Source: Octopus sinensis (Eukaryota). Taken from it: 64,000 bases of DNA. The DNA is taken from assembly GCF_006345805.1 (NCBI RefSeq), contig NC_043007.1, forward strand, positions 50,096,001-50,160,000. The letters run 5' to 3'. Of the stretch, positions 50,427-64,000 are shown piece by piece. The notes below the pieces were generated by a model, which was not told the DNA's origin, did not search any database, and saw nothing but the letters and a program-made list of their open reading frames with translations. The stretch's first letter is position 1. The number at the start of each line of letters is the position of its first letter. Made by a program: the position numbers and the translations under genes.

Positions 50427-51574
50427 AAGCCGCTATAATATTGCTGATGTTATTGATGTTGTTGTTGTTATTGTAGTTGCTGCTGTCATTGTTTTGATGT
50501 GTCGTTGATGTTGTTGGTTGTTGATTATCAAAGGTTGCTTTTGATGTTGGTATGTGCCTGATGCCTTTGATGCAGCTGCAGTTGTTACTTTCTTATAATA
50601 GTTCTAATGTTATTTAGTGCCAGGTCAAACATGATCGATCACAGCTATGTCTATGTTCAAAAAGATTCCAGAGGTAAACAATCAGTCTTCGTAATAGATC
50701 TAGAACTAAATAAATAAAAAAAAAAGTATTTTCTTTTTTTAAACGCAATAGCTCACTTGGTTGTTACTTCGATCAGGTCAAGCGATCGTATACTCGTGGT
50801 TTACTTTTGCGTTGTATTGGACCTCATCCATTCTCGTAACCAGAACGACTCTACAGTTGCATTACCCGGTGTTTTCTTATTTTTTTAAACGGTAGTGCTT
50901 GATATGAAGGGGATTTATCTAGTGTTTCTAGCAGGTTGAGCTACCGCGCACAATCTTGCTCATTGACTGGTGAGAATAAAGAACCTAATAAACTAATAAT
51001 GGTGGCCGAGTTGATTAAATGAGTAGGAAGTAATGCGGTGAGGTATTTATGAAGAAATATTTCCATGGAATGAAAAATTGACATCTCAGAGGGTGGATAT
51101 TTTTTGTGTTTTCTTTAACATTTTAAAAGAATTTTTTGTTTGTGTTGGTTGAGTCCTTGGTTAGGAAATTAGATATTGGGAAAATATTCCTTTAGAATAA
51201 TAAATAACTCGTAGAGATTGTAAAAATGTAACAAAATAGAAGGCAAAATGGCGTTCTAGAAGATTCGTTTTTATGAGTTCTTTAATTGAGGAGAAACGCA
51301 GAGAATGTCTATAAAATCAGTAGCAGACAGATAGCAATGAAAGAGAAAGGGAGGAGGGAGAGACAGAGAAAGAGAGAAAAAGAGAGAGAGTTTATGGTTG
51401 AAAGACAAGGAGAAAGAAGGAAGTAACAGCCTATAAATCTGTTTGTGTGAGTTTGTGTGTTTATACACTCACACACAGACACACATACATATATACTTGG
51501 GGTATGTGTATATAAGAAGCCTTTAAAAGCATTGGGTAGTATAATAGAGAAAGTAGATTTTTTTTAAAGCAGTC

Positions 51575-51972
51575 GCAACCAATATACTGCTCCAGAAATC
51601 TCTGTTCCCCATTAGGTTTGGCAGATTCTTAATTTTATGTTGTATGGCTCTGCTAATAACATCAATGTATTTGCATGGTATTCGTCTTCTATTAGGGTGC
51701 GGAAGTCTCCAAAATATTATATTTGATATGGCCTAGTGTATAGCATGAGAGCAGTGGCTAGACAAGCCTAATCTGTATTGAACTACAGTACGAGAAAGCA
51801 GTAGAATAGGTCTATAAATCTACGCTGTGATATGTTTTTGAGCTCCGACGAGAAATCTAATGTATGCATAATCTAGACTATCTTGAAGTTACTCCTTGAA
51901 AGACCGGATTCCGACACCATATAGAAGAATGCCTCTACACACGCCCTAAGGAGAACAAGCTTGATTCTCCGT
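51575..51972 (-). mobile_element. Degenerate RTE-like LINE 3' fragment
   Basis: LLRACVE./ILLYG..LDYAYIRFL..RLGLSSHC..IIFWRLP..KYIDVI..LMGNRDFWS. Confidence 0.6.
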
Positions 51973-52022
51973 TTAAGTGGATTCATTTATCTTACAGTTA
52001 ATGCTTGACTGATTAACTATAC

Positions 52023-52088
<66 letters not shown>

Positions 52089-52197
52089 CTGTGTGTGTGT
52101 GTCTGTGTGTGTGTGTGTGTGTGCGTGCGTGTGTGCGTGTATATATGCGTATATATATATATGTATATGCATGCATGTATATGTATATATATATATG

Positions 52198-53150
52198 TTA
52201 GTTAGTTAGTTAATTTGGCTCAAAAGCAAATAGCAAGGCCATGTAGGGGGACATGGAGTTAAGTACAGGGTGGTGTTCATGTAAAGAGTTCAGGCCACTT
52301 GAGGTCAAGGGAGGCTTTGAACAAAGCGGTCGTCGGCATCTTCACCATCTCGTCTGGCAGCTTGTTCCACGGATCCGCAACCCGGACGGAGAAAGCTCCT
52401 CTCCTTCGATTGAGATGAAATCGTCGCAGGTAGAGCTTTTCAGAATGACCCCACAGTCGACGCTCTGGAGCAGGAGTGAAGAACAGCTCTTTCGAGAGGT
52501 TACACTTTCCGCTTATAATGTTTTGGGCGAGAATGAGATCACCACGGCGGCGGCGTTTTTCTAGAGAATAAAGGTCGAGCGTCCTCAGCCTTTCTTCATA
52601 GGACAAATTTTTGAGACCATGAACCATGTGGTTAGCCAGCTTCTGGACTCTTTCGAGATGCTGTATGTCTTTGAGGAGATAAGGAGAAGAGGCTTGAATC
52701 CCGTACTCCAATATGGGTCTCACCAGCGTGACATAGAGTGGTAGGAATATGGCTGCTGTGAGCATTCCGAATGACCGTCGAATCAAGAACAGAATTCCGC
52801 GTGCTTTGTTGGCAGCATGGACGCACTGGGCCGAAGGCGAAAAGGAGGAATCCACCAAGATACCCAGGTCCTTTACCTGATTGGTCCTCTCCAGCAGCAG
52901 ACCACCCGGCTCGAAATCAAGTTGAGTTGCAGGAGGAGAGCCAACAGGCAGATGACAGCACTTTGACACGTTCAGACACAGGTCCCATTCGTTAGACCAC
53001 CTCCAAATTTGGTGGAGGCATCGACGAAGATCCTCTATATCACCGCAAGGAGCGACCAGTTTGACATCGTCGGCAAATAGAAGGGTGTGTTGCGTGAGGT
53101 CGTCGGGCAAGTCATTTATGAAGACTATGAACAATAAGGGCCCAAGCACT
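52198..53150 (-). mobile_element. 5'-truncated CR1-clade LINE, stop-free RT C-terminal half with (TAAC)n tail
   Basis: ORF 52277-53149: LGPLLFIVFINDL..FADDVKL..KDLGILVD..LVRPILEYG..LERVQK..RRRRGDLI..FSVRVADPWNKLP. Confidence 0.92.
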
Positions 53151-53757
53151 GATATGTATGCTTATGTATACATTTGTGTGTATGTGTGTATACACACACC
53201 CATATAGACATACTCATACCCCCCACAAATATATATATATGCATATATACATATAAATATGTTATAAATATATGTGTGTATGTGTATATTTATATCTGTG
53301 TGTGTTTGTGCCTGTTTCTATATTTATATCTATATACATGTTACACGTAACCACCCATTTATACACATGTGCATTTGTATGTTTGTTTGAGAAAATGTGT
53401 GTGTGTGTACGTGTGTGTGTGTATCAATAGTTACGTATGAATAACAACCATGAAATTTTGGGTAGGGAGACAGACTTTTTTGTAATTTAATATTTAAATC
53501 GGTTTATATCAGTCATTAATAATGAACTACATTGCTTCGACTATTTAATTTATATATGTTGTATGCGTGTGCATATGTATGCGCGCGTGTATGTGTGTAA
53601 ATGTGTGTGTATGTATATACACAGCATATATGTCTATATATAACTATATATGCATATATATATATGTATACGCATATATATGTACATTACATGTATATAT
53701 ACATACACATGTACATTACATGTATATATACATACACATGTATGTGTGTATGTACAT

Positions 53758-54056
53758 ATCACTGTGATCACCGTGACCGACCAGGCTATCAGATGTTGCT
53801 ACACATCGCTGGTCACATTGTTTTAGCCTTCAATTGACGCTACCTCGCTGGTTAAGCGAGCAGGACAACAGAAGAAAGAGTGAGAGAAAGTTATGGCGAA
53901 AGAGTACAGCAGGGATCTCCACCACTCCCTGCCGGAGCCTCGAGGAGCTTTAGGGGTTTTCGGTCAATAAACACTGACAACGACTGGTCTGGGAATCGAA
54001 ACCGAAATCCTACAACTGCGAGTCCGCTGCCCTAACCACTGGTCCATTGCGCTTCC
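53758..54056 (-). mobile_element. tRNA-derived SINE family R
   Basis: Reverse-complement match to 8140-8447. Confidence 0.85.
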
Positions 54057-54109
54057 ACGTATGTACATATATATACGCATATATATTACATATGTTTGTG
54101 CATGTTATG

Positions 54110-54224
<115 letters not shown>

Positions 54225-54959
54225 AACATACGTGCATGTGTATGTGTGTGTGTGTGTGTGTAGGAATTTGACGGGTACTATTCATAAACTCCCCGACATA
54301 TACGGATACACATTCTCATAGTGTTTGTCATATTAAATATATAAACGTCTTTTCATAAACATAGAAATTCTTCAATCCAAATATTTTAATAAACCTTCAT
54401 CGTACACACACTCACAACATCAATTTATAAGCAGACATCTTTGATTTACACACACACACGAACGCAAGGGTATATGTATATATATATATAGCTTTGTTTT
54501 ACTCTTAGTGTACTTTTTTTGAAATGGCATTCCATGAAATAGCATCATATTCATTAGTTTCTCATCTTAATTAAGCCTTCACTGAGGCATCATTATCACA
54601 GCTACTCTTTTTCCTATATTCTATTAAATTCTAAAGCCTTGTGTTGCAAATGGTGCTGTTATTGAGGATCAATTTAATCATTTTAAAACACAGAAAATCT
54701 ATTTACTCCTCATTTAGTTGTTAAAATATCTAAATTTCCGTCGCACCATTACGATGACCAAGCCACTGGCATCACTTCAGTGTATCATCTGTTGCAATAT
54801 AGCTATTTTAGTAACTAGTCCACAGTAGGGCGAGGGAAATTTTGTATATATATATATGTATTATATATATATGTATTATATACATATATATGTATTATAT
54901 ATACACTGTATAGAATGTATACATATATGTGTGTGTGTTTGTATACATATATATATATT

Positions 54960-55140
54960 CTTTTATTTGTTTGTTTGTTTCAGTCATTTGACTTTGGCCA
55001 TGCTGGGGCACCGCCTCTTAGTCAAAGAAACCGATACCAGATCTTATTCTCTGTAAGCCTGGTACTTGTTCTATCGGTTGCCTTTGCGGAACCGCTAAGT
55101 TACGGAGACGTAAACACACCAACATCGGTTTTCAAACGAT
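54960..55140 (-). mobile_element. SINE family K, 3' half
   Basis: tttcagtcatttgac..gaaccgctaagttacgg..aaacacacc match. Confidence 0.75.
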
Positions 55141-55189
55141 CTCTCTCTCTCTCCTCACACACACACATATGTATGTGTGTGTATATATG

Positions 55190-55236
<47 letters not shown>

Positions 55237-55624
55237 TGTGTATATATATATATATATGCCAGATAAATATTCCTACTTCTCTTTGTCTAAGTTTCAAGCT
55301 AAAAGCACATTTATCATATTCATGGAAGTGTAGCGATAATTTATCTACCGTTTTACAGAATACTAACGTCCCTGTGTCGTGAAAAGTGGTGAGAATTCTA
55401 CTAATGGTAGAAAATGGTGAATCAAAGCAATGGGAGAAAGCATCAATAATTTTTAGCACACACACAAACGCACGCACGCACACACATGTTATGTCTTACT
55501 TATTTCAGTCATTTCACTGCTTTCGTGTAGGGGCACCATCTTGAAGTTTTAGACGAGTGAAGAATCTACCCAACTCGGTAAGCAATACTATTGGAGAAAC
55601 AGTAAAAAAATATGCACACGTATG

Positions 55625-55655
<31 letters not shown>

Positions 55656-55660
55656 TAGAC

Positions 55661-55691
<31 letters not shown>

Positions 55692-55725
55692 CACATACAT
55701 GCATATATATATATATACACATACA

Positions 55726-55757
<32 letters not shown>

Positions 55758-55760
<3 letters not shown>

Positions 55761-55970
55761 CCATGTTGATTCGTTAGCTACTGCACGCATTTTTTTCTCT
55801 CCTTCTTTCTGTGTTTTTCTCTCTCTGTGTATCTTTCTGTTGAAGAGCGTAGGCTCGAAACGTTAAAGACTTGTTTTATTTATATTTCCTGAGCGCCATA
55901 CTAATACAATTGTTCGTTTGTTTTCCACCTGCCTTCGTCTTTGGTTTATTTTCATAAAGCTTCCCGTTAT
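55758..55970 (+). mobile_element. ~210-bp solo 3' end of the Neptune PLE, inside (TA)n
   Basis: Reverse-complement match to 18175-18390. Confidence 0.9.
55832..55869 (+). ncRNA. Minimal hammerhead-like motif (CUGUUGA core, GUU triplet)
   Basis: TCTTT-CTGTTGA-AGAGCGTAGGCTC-GAAACG-TT-AAAGA. Confidence 0.55.
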
Positions 55971-55986
55971 ATATATATTATATATA

Positions 55987-56034
<48 letters not shown>

Positions 56035-57034
56035 CATACATACATATATATATACATATATAACATACTATGGTTAGTCGGGAGCTATAGTAGACGATGC
56101 CTAACCAATGTGTCAATCAGAAGGAACTCACAACCATGCTGTTGGGAAGCAAACATCTTGCCACACAGCCATACACGCATACACTTATGCATATGAATAT
56201 GCATAATTACATCTATGCATGTGAACACAAATACTTAAGTGCGTGTGAGTACGTGTGAATTTACGATAAAATTGAATTTTCTTTTGCTTAAAATATCGAT
56301 GACGTCAGAGTAAATTATCCCATTGCAGTTCGCATGCATTTAGAATCCATGACTATCACTTGCCCCCACTCCATTTGTTGGTTTTAGTTTCCCTCTACCA
56401 GCGTGACCAGGGTGAAACACATTGCATTCTATTATATTGTATACTGAGAGTTGTTGAACGTCAAGAAAGCAGAATGAACTTTTAAATACAAAAGACAAAC
56501 TAAACAGCTGAGATTCTGTTAATGTAAGAAAGTAGAAGCGCTCGTGAGGATGATTTGGAAAGCAAATGTTATAAAGTGGAACAAATTCAACATCCTCAAA
56601 CGTTACTTACGGAAAAAGTATATATACAAGGACACCTAATGTATTATGTATATTAATATTGATATAGTAATCACTCACACACACACACACCACACACACA
56701 CACACACACCACACACACACACACACAACCACACGCGCGCGCATAAGCTAACGTGCTTATACATTGTGCATGTGAGTCCGTTTTAATGCTTGTGCGCTTG
56801 TGTGTATCTACATAACTCGAATACAGTGCTTCTTGCTCTTTTTTTTTAACTATCATCGCCTAATCCCTTTCTACTATTAACACTCTTTCAACGCCAATCC
56901 CTCAGCTACGTTTAAACAAAGTTAAATCCATCTTTAAAGAATGCTGTAGATAAGCTGATCATTTCTAGAATACTGCTGGCTCATAAGTCATTTTGGCAAT
57001 ATAAGAATGTAGTGTAAAAAATTTCAACCATTAA

Positions 57035-57248
57035 ATATTGGTTTCAAATTTTGGCACAAGACCAGCAGTTTCGAGGGAGGGAGTAAGTCAATTACATCGA
57101 CTGCAGTACACAACTAGTACTTATTTAATCGAGCCCGAAAGGATGAAAGGCGAAGTCAACCTCAGCGGAATTTGAACTCAGAACATAAAGACGATATGCC
57201 GCCAAACATTTTATCAGGCATGCTAACTGCTCTACCATCTCGCCTCCT
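57035..57248 (-). mobile_element. SINE family M
   Basis: Reverse-complement similarity to 25585-25800. Confidence 0.75.
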
Positions 57249-57519
57249 TTTCTATGGGTATTTTTTGTGTAGATCACGAATATAAGATCTGTTTCTTTCT
57301 GTAACCCTCCAGTTTCTCGTAAATTACGATTTTACGTTAAATACGCTGATGGTTACGTAGGAATTGAGTGCAAACAGGATTGGGTCGAAACTGACAACTC
57401 TAAAAGTTATAAACAGATTTTGATATAATTTTAATGGGGTGTTTCTAACATATTTGTCAACCTCACCTATGAAAATTATAAAAGAACACTCAACATTTTT
57501 ATAGTTATATGGGTCCAAA

Positions 57520-58966
57520 TCTGTGGTAAATCTGACAAGAAACCACATCCCATCACCCAGCCTGAACTCAATGATCTAGTTCGTGATCTAACACTTACTA
57601 AGCAATAGAGTGAAGTCCTTGCCTGACGTCTGCAAATATGGAACCTGATGGATAAAGATGTTCGAATTACAATATTTAGGAAGTGATCTGCATATCTACA
57701 GCAATTCTTCACTTTGGAAAACAATTCGATTTATTGTAAAGATATCAGAGACCTATTCAATGCACTTGAGCTGACCTATGGACCAACTGAGTGAAGGTTA
57801 TTCATAGATGTATCCTTTTACAGAATAAAAGCGGTTCTATTTCACATTGGGAACACCATGCTTTCAGTTCCAATTACTCACTCAGTCATTTTAAGAGAGA
57901 CATATGTGAATCTCAATTTTATTCTAGACCGTATACGTTACAAGGAGTATGAGTACTAATTTGTGCGGATTGCAAAGTAGTAGCCCTACTTAAGGGGCTA
58001 CAAACTGGATACACCAAGTTTATGTGCTTCCTTTGCAAGTGGAACAGTAGGGCCAGATCAGAACATTATGTACGTTCAGAATGGCCACCTCGGGAAACTA
58101 TGAAGCCTGGATGCCATAATGTAAATCACGAGCCACTAGTTAAGAAGAAAATTATTTTGCCACCACTGCATATAAAACTGGGCCCAATGAAGCAATTTAC
58201 CAAAGCACTGCGACATAACAAGCCATATTTCCAGTACCTCAAAGCGATCTTCCCTAAAATAAGTGACGCCAAGATTAAAGAGGGCATATTCGTAGGCCCT
58301 CAGATTCATCACCTTATAGCTGATGAAGACTTCGAGATGACAGTGGATGAAACTGAGCTAGCGGCCTGGCTTGCATTCAAAGATGTATACAAAGGACATT
58401 TGAGAAAGCACCAAGTGGCTCAGCGAGAGAGTGCAGCGGAGAGCTTAATCAATCGGATGCAATATATCACTGAAGATACAGTTCCTGCATTCTCATCTGT
58501 CTGTCTTCCCAGAGAATGCAGGAGATGCGAATGATGAACATGGAGAGAGGTTTCATCAATATATAGCATCAATGGAAAACAGGTATAAGGGAAAGTGGAG
58601 CCCAGCTATGCTAGCTGACTACTGCTGGAACCCGAAGCATCACACACCTGAGATGGCTTATAAACAAATAAGTAAATACTAAAATGTAGGTTAATACATT
58701 ATATAATGCTAAAAAACATGCCTATACATTATATATTTGTGAATTAATTACAATGGACATATTTAATCTGACTTGGGGAGCAAAATAAAATTATGATATC
58801 GTGGGAATTAATATAAAGTGCATAATTATTAAGTTCGTAATTTACAAGAGCATGTGACGTAATGGGAAGTATTTGTTATAAAATTCGAATTTAGCACAAT
58901 CAACTTCAGATGAAATGTACATGAGAACTATGTTCTTTTCTTGACCGTGAAATTTGTTGTACAGTG
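57520..58966 (+). mobile_element. Chapaev3-like (CMC) DNA transposon: degenerate transposase core and 3' end
   Basis: ITQPELNDLVRDL..RLFID..KAVL..GYTKFMCFLCKWNSRA..LPPLHIKLG..KEGIFVGPQI..DEHGERFHQ..ADYCW; ends ttgtacagtg. Family assignment from remembered motifs. Confidence 0.7.
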
Positions 58967-59870
58967 TTATTTGCACAGAAAGTTAACTATGTTTGATAAT
59001 ATTTTTTGAAAATTAGGATCATTAAATGAGGCATCTAACGGTCCCTTTTCTTGCAACCCCTTTTGTCACCAAGTACCCTTAAAAAATTTCCAGCACTTCT
59101 TAGTTGGGATGGAACCCCCCACTTTGAAAAGTACTACCCTAGTGACTTCTATTACAAGACAATATCTCATAAAGGTATGCATGTCTGAAAGGTGACTATA
59201 TGATTTTGTACACAACAGAAGCATCATCTTTCTCACTCTCTCACTCTACAACACACACTCTCTCTCTCTCTTTCTCCCTCTTTCTCACTAACTATATATC
59301 GGTCTGTCTCTCTATTCATCTCTGCTCATGCTTCTCTTCTACTCTTCCACTTGTGATATCTGCAATTTTCTTATCACAAAAACATCGTAGGAGAATGTGT
59401 TTCTCGCGTCAAGGTGATGAATGAGGGTTAGTTTTAGTTTGACAGCAACAATGCTAGAGATATTCCCTGCTGGTGACATTGCCTCCGATACCATCAGGAC
59501 TCGCTATTTTTACCTATGTTTATGCTTCACTGAGCATTCTGAACCGGGACAACAAGAATGCTTTTACATTCACTGTTGGTTCCTGTCTCTGGTAGTTAGA
59601 GTGGTACAACTCTCTACCGTATTTTCTTTTCTCTTTCTCTTTCTCTTTCTCTCATTCACTCTTTCTATCGCTATCTGTCCTCCGCACGCACACACACACA
59701 CACACACCACACACGCATACGCACACGCACACAAACACACACACGCGCTCATACGCACGCGCACGCTCGTACGCACACACACATACACACACACATTCTC
59801 TTAGCTGATATAAATCATAACGCACCATGCAAACACATAAATTCCTGAAAATATTTATGCTAATAGTTCT

Positions 59871-59901
<31 letters not shown>

Positions 59902-60744
59902 ATGTGTGTATGTGTGTGTGTGTGTGTGTGTGTGCGTGTGTGCGCGCGTGTGTGTATATGTGTATATATACGTATATCAGACGTTTGTACTATGTTCGTG
60001 TGGGTTCCGTATAATATTTATGACATGTTTGTGTGTAAATATGTATATGAATGTGAATACATGTATAATACTTCTATAAGGAAAAGGTTGACAGTGACTT
60101 CAAAGTTTAATAAGCATGTCCTGCAATGTATTGAGTAATCCTTTAGTTTAATGTTAAATTGTTTTTACATATAACTGGACATAAAATCGCACGTGCGTAC
60201 AGACACAGATACACATACACATAAACACGTACATACACACACAGATACACATACACATAAACACGTACATACACACACAACCTTGATAATTGATGAGGGC
60301 TCCCTTAACATGAAACCAGCGATAGCCTTAACCCACAAATAATTTTTATTCACCAATGCGGTGTTGAGGACTCGTTCTCATTGTTCGAGATAAACGTATA
60401 TGTACGTGTTTAGTTTTAGTTTAAGAATTCTTGCCAATAGAGAGAAGAGCCGGTTTCTTACCCAGATCCAAAGTTCCTTCACTGGAATTTCAACATCAAA
60501 AACAAGGTATTTTTGTATGTATATATGTATATGTGCTGTTTTGTATGTTCTGTTTTATGTATTCCCATACATATAACTGCATATCTAGACATGCTCATAT
60601 ATATTTAAATGATTAACTTTTAGAAAATTTTACATATATTTATAGTTCCGACGATGGATTGGATCTGTAGTCTTCGAATCAGCTGTCTCCTTTCTGGTTT
60701 TGAGAAGCTAATTTCTCAAGTTTGGTATTTAGGCAGTGTATTAC

Positions 60745-61040
60745 ATATTTCAGGGCTTCAATAATTTCTCAATAGTTCAGCAGAGGTATTCTCTTTTTCA
60801 CTGATCTTCAGCTTTGTGTTAACATCTGCTAGGCTGCTAATTTCCACAACTGTGCACTGTTTCTCTTCTCTATCCCAAAATATTATATCAGGTCTGTTGT
60901 GCTTACATTTTATTGAGGTCTTCACTGGGATATTCCACCAGTACTCCTTTTTACTATGAGTAACTATTGCTTCTACCATACTGTGGGTTCTTATTTCTTT
61001 GTCCTCGAGGTCATCCTCCCGAGAGATTTCATTATAGAGT
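60745..61040 (-). mobile_element. REL-endonuclease LINE fragment (R2/R4-group)
   Basis: YWWNIPVKT..KHNRPDIIFWDREEKQCTVVEIS..KISEKEN. Confidence 0.75.
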
Positions 61041-61057
61041 GTTCTAGCTAGTACTAG

Positions 61058-61314
<257 letters not shown>

Positions 61315-62117
61315 GCCATAGTGGTCAGTGTACTAACAATCTTACTAACCCATGATACATAACATGGAAAAGCCCAAAGCTACATTACCAAAACTCCTGT
61401 AAGTAAACATTTTTATTTTACCTTCGCTGGTAAGATTCAATTCGAATGTAGTACATCACCCTCTCTAACCAAACTGTTATTATTACTACTTGTTCCTAGT
61501 ATATTTTCATCTATACCCTTGAACGTAGAGTAGATTTATACATTCATATTCACATATAAATATAAATATATATGTGTGTGTGTGTCTGTATTTGGGTGGA
61601 TGTGAGTATGTAAGAACGTATAACAGGCTACTTAGCCGTTAGGAGAACCTTAAGTCTGATTCAAAACGAAATTTTTTGCAAATTTGACTGTGCTTTTTAA
61701 TATTGTATTTCTCTATCATTTAATGCACTGTTGTTTTTCTTAAACTTGCTTAAAACAAGCGAACTGTTAGCATCTATTCACTCATGCTTGTTTGACTGTG
61801 CGTAAATACACCATATGCGTATACATATGTATATACACACACACACGTGTGCGTGTATACATGAACATACACATACCTAAATGCATACATACTATCAAGC
61901 TCATATTCATATATCAAAATGTTTTTGCGTATGCACACAATGATAGTGCACAACACTATGTACATTCATAGGAAATATTTGCGCACATGTGTATATGTAT
62001 GTATGCAAACATATATATACACACACACATACACACACAAACACACACACAACTCACACGCTCATACATATATATACATGCATGCATATATGTATATATT
62101 TTATATCTATATATATT

Positions 62118-62164
<47 letters not shown>

Positions 62165-62504
62165 GTATGTATGTGTGTGTGTGTGTGTGTTTGTATGCGT
62201 GTATATAATTAGATGGCTTTACATGCCTTGCACATTTGTTAATAATTTTATAGATCTATTACAGTTGGTATTTCTTGGAAATGCAACCCGACGGAGGAGA
62301 AGGCTGAGAGGTTGAATTGCTCTTTCTGACTCTGTTCACTGTATTCTTTAAATTCTATTAGTTTTTTTAACTTTTTAATTTATGCCTAATGTCGAACCCG
62401 GGATAGAGATACAGCGTTAGTGTATTCTACTAGCATCACAATTGCATACATATACACCAATATTTTCAAACACACAATCGCTGATATATATACCTATGTG
62501 TGAG

Positions 62505-62767
62505 ACACCCTTCACTAGCGAACGACCGTGAGATTGCACTTAGAAAGTTCCGTTTCGAGGCACAAGTCCGGACAAAGTTGGCTGTTGAAGACCAGCAGTT
62601 GTCCATACATATCAGCCTCCCCTCTCCATGCCAGTGATGTCCAAGGGAAAGGCAAAGCGAAATAAAGTATCTTACTCAAGATCACAACACATAGCCCGGT
62701 TAGGGAATCGAACTCTCAACCGCACGATTGCAAGCCCGACGCTCTAACCATTGAGCCATGCGTCTTC
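62505..62767 (-). mobile_element. tRNA-derived SINE (further family or tail type)
   Basis: Minus strand A box TGGCTCAATGG and B box GTTCGATTCC; tail differs from the other SINEs here. Confidence 0.7.
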
Positions 62768-63043
62768 ATACCTATGTACACTTGCAGAAACAGACACGTA
62801 AACTTACTGTTGGAGTGACTGGCAGGTATAGCCGTCGAGCAGACAGTTTCAAGTGAGTAGAACAAAGAAAGGCAGGTTGTTGATGACGTGGCAAAGGGCT
62901 GTGTCGGAAGACTTGACCGAGATTGCTGCCACTGGGAAGAAGGATGCCGTTTAGCTCAGATTGATAGTCTCATCACCCTATGATCTTTGAGCAAGGTAGG
63001 TAACGTAATATAACATAACAGTTATACAGTTTTGAATTGATAA

Positions 63044-63550
63044 CACTGATTTATAGAGAAACTGAGGCAAACATAAAAAGAGTTGTTCTAGCCTAATTTG
63101 GGGTGCTGATTTCAGATACAAAATCAGTTTTCACTCATCACCTCTAATTTTTGAGATATGATTTTGCGTCAATTCATGTAACTATATATATATTCAATTT
63201 TTATTTTGTTTTCCAGATTTTTATGATACATATGATACATATCTCTACAATGGCTTCAGGCACTACAAAACACCGAAGATGCATCAACAAGGCAAATTCA
63301 TTCTGCTACGTGTGTGGGGATTTTCACGACAGTTGCACAGCGCTAAACAAAATCTTCCCTCCTGAGAACTGCTTACTTTCATTATTTTGACTGTAAAAAT
63401 TGGAGATCAAACCAAATCCTGGGCTCCATACATCTGTTGTAAACCCTGCAACAATTAACTAACTGCATGATTTAACAGCAAGATAGCAGCCTTCGAATTT
63501 GATCTCCCGATGGTCTGGAGAGAGCCATGAAGCTGATGTATGCTTCTGTG
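63044..63550 (+). mobile_element. Chapaev3-like transposon 5' end with N-terminal zinc-finger region
   Basis: RRCINKANSFCYVCGDF../GDQTKSWAPYICCKPC..LPMVWREP..CFC (frameshifted); starts near cactg. Confidence 0.65.
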
Positions 63551-64000
63551 TATGCATATGTTTACTTTCGTATGTATGTTTGCATATATGTATGTATAAA
63601 TTCAACCACAATTTTATCAAATAACATTTGGAATAATAAAACTTGTTCGCTGAATCTACCCCTACTATCTATGAAGACACCATAACCTACACTGCGGTTG
63701 GATGATTGCGTTTAGAACCACTTTGATCATAGTCCTATTTCCTCGATGGACTCATTGAATAATATGTGACCTAATACTAAAACATAAGAGCCAAAATAAC
63801 TACTTCCATCTTCTATTCAATAGATTCAGAGATCCATATTTGTCATTATGAATTCCTGCAAGAATTTACGTCGAATATTTTCAAAGACTATTAAGAGAAT
63901 GTAAAGGTGGACATCTGAAACACATCAGTTATGTTTACTTTGCTTGGTTAAACCTGTAATCAGTGCCAACATATATAGGCTTACTTGATTCTGTGTAGGC

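Noticed and set aside
52253-52995. Plus-strand ORFs overlapping the CR1 fragment
   Set aside because: Antisense frames of the LINE
58320-58326. CTGATGA (also CTGAAGA at 139-145) as ribozyme cores
   Set aside because: Inside TE coding sequence with no flanking stems; expected chance hits
60285-60325. TTGATGA-GGGCTCCC..GAAAC hammerhead-like string
   Set aside because: C3 missing, long unpaired insert, no stem I or NUH site

Overview
AT-rich eukaryotic non-genic DNA, intergenic or deep intronic. It is saturated with microsatellites ((TA)n, (CA)n, (TACA)n, (TAGA)n, (TAA)n) and transposable-element debris. The SINE repertoire resembles what I recall from octopus, so a cephalopod source is an inference only. 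I found no host protein-coding exon, rRNA, true tRNA or CRISPR array that I can support; most ORF-track entries are translated microsatellites or antisense TE frames. Recognisable elements: Tx1/L1-like, R4/Dong-like, RTE and CR1 LINE fragments; three or more tRNA-derived SINE families; a DD37D/maT-like mariner; two Chapaev3-like DNA transposon pieces; and several Penelope-like elements (PLEs), including a near full-length Neptune-type copy at 18175-22360. The most notable signal is a set of short (TA)n-flanked fold-back elements (5887-6309, 7595-8032, 9154-9549, 41501-42025; possibly also 8907-9110 and 22436-23940). They carry type I hammerhead ribozyme motifs with a long structured stem II and a palindromic stem III. 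Two are ~300-370 bp near-perfect palindromes with one complete hammerhead on each strand. The same motif sits in the 3' UTR of a GIY-YIG PLE at 34868-36830, which points to the likely autonomous partner. A separate minimal hammerhead with a non-canonical core (CUGUUGA) occurs in three copies of the Neptune 3' end. All folds were derived by eye and all family names come from remembered motifs; neither was computed or searched.
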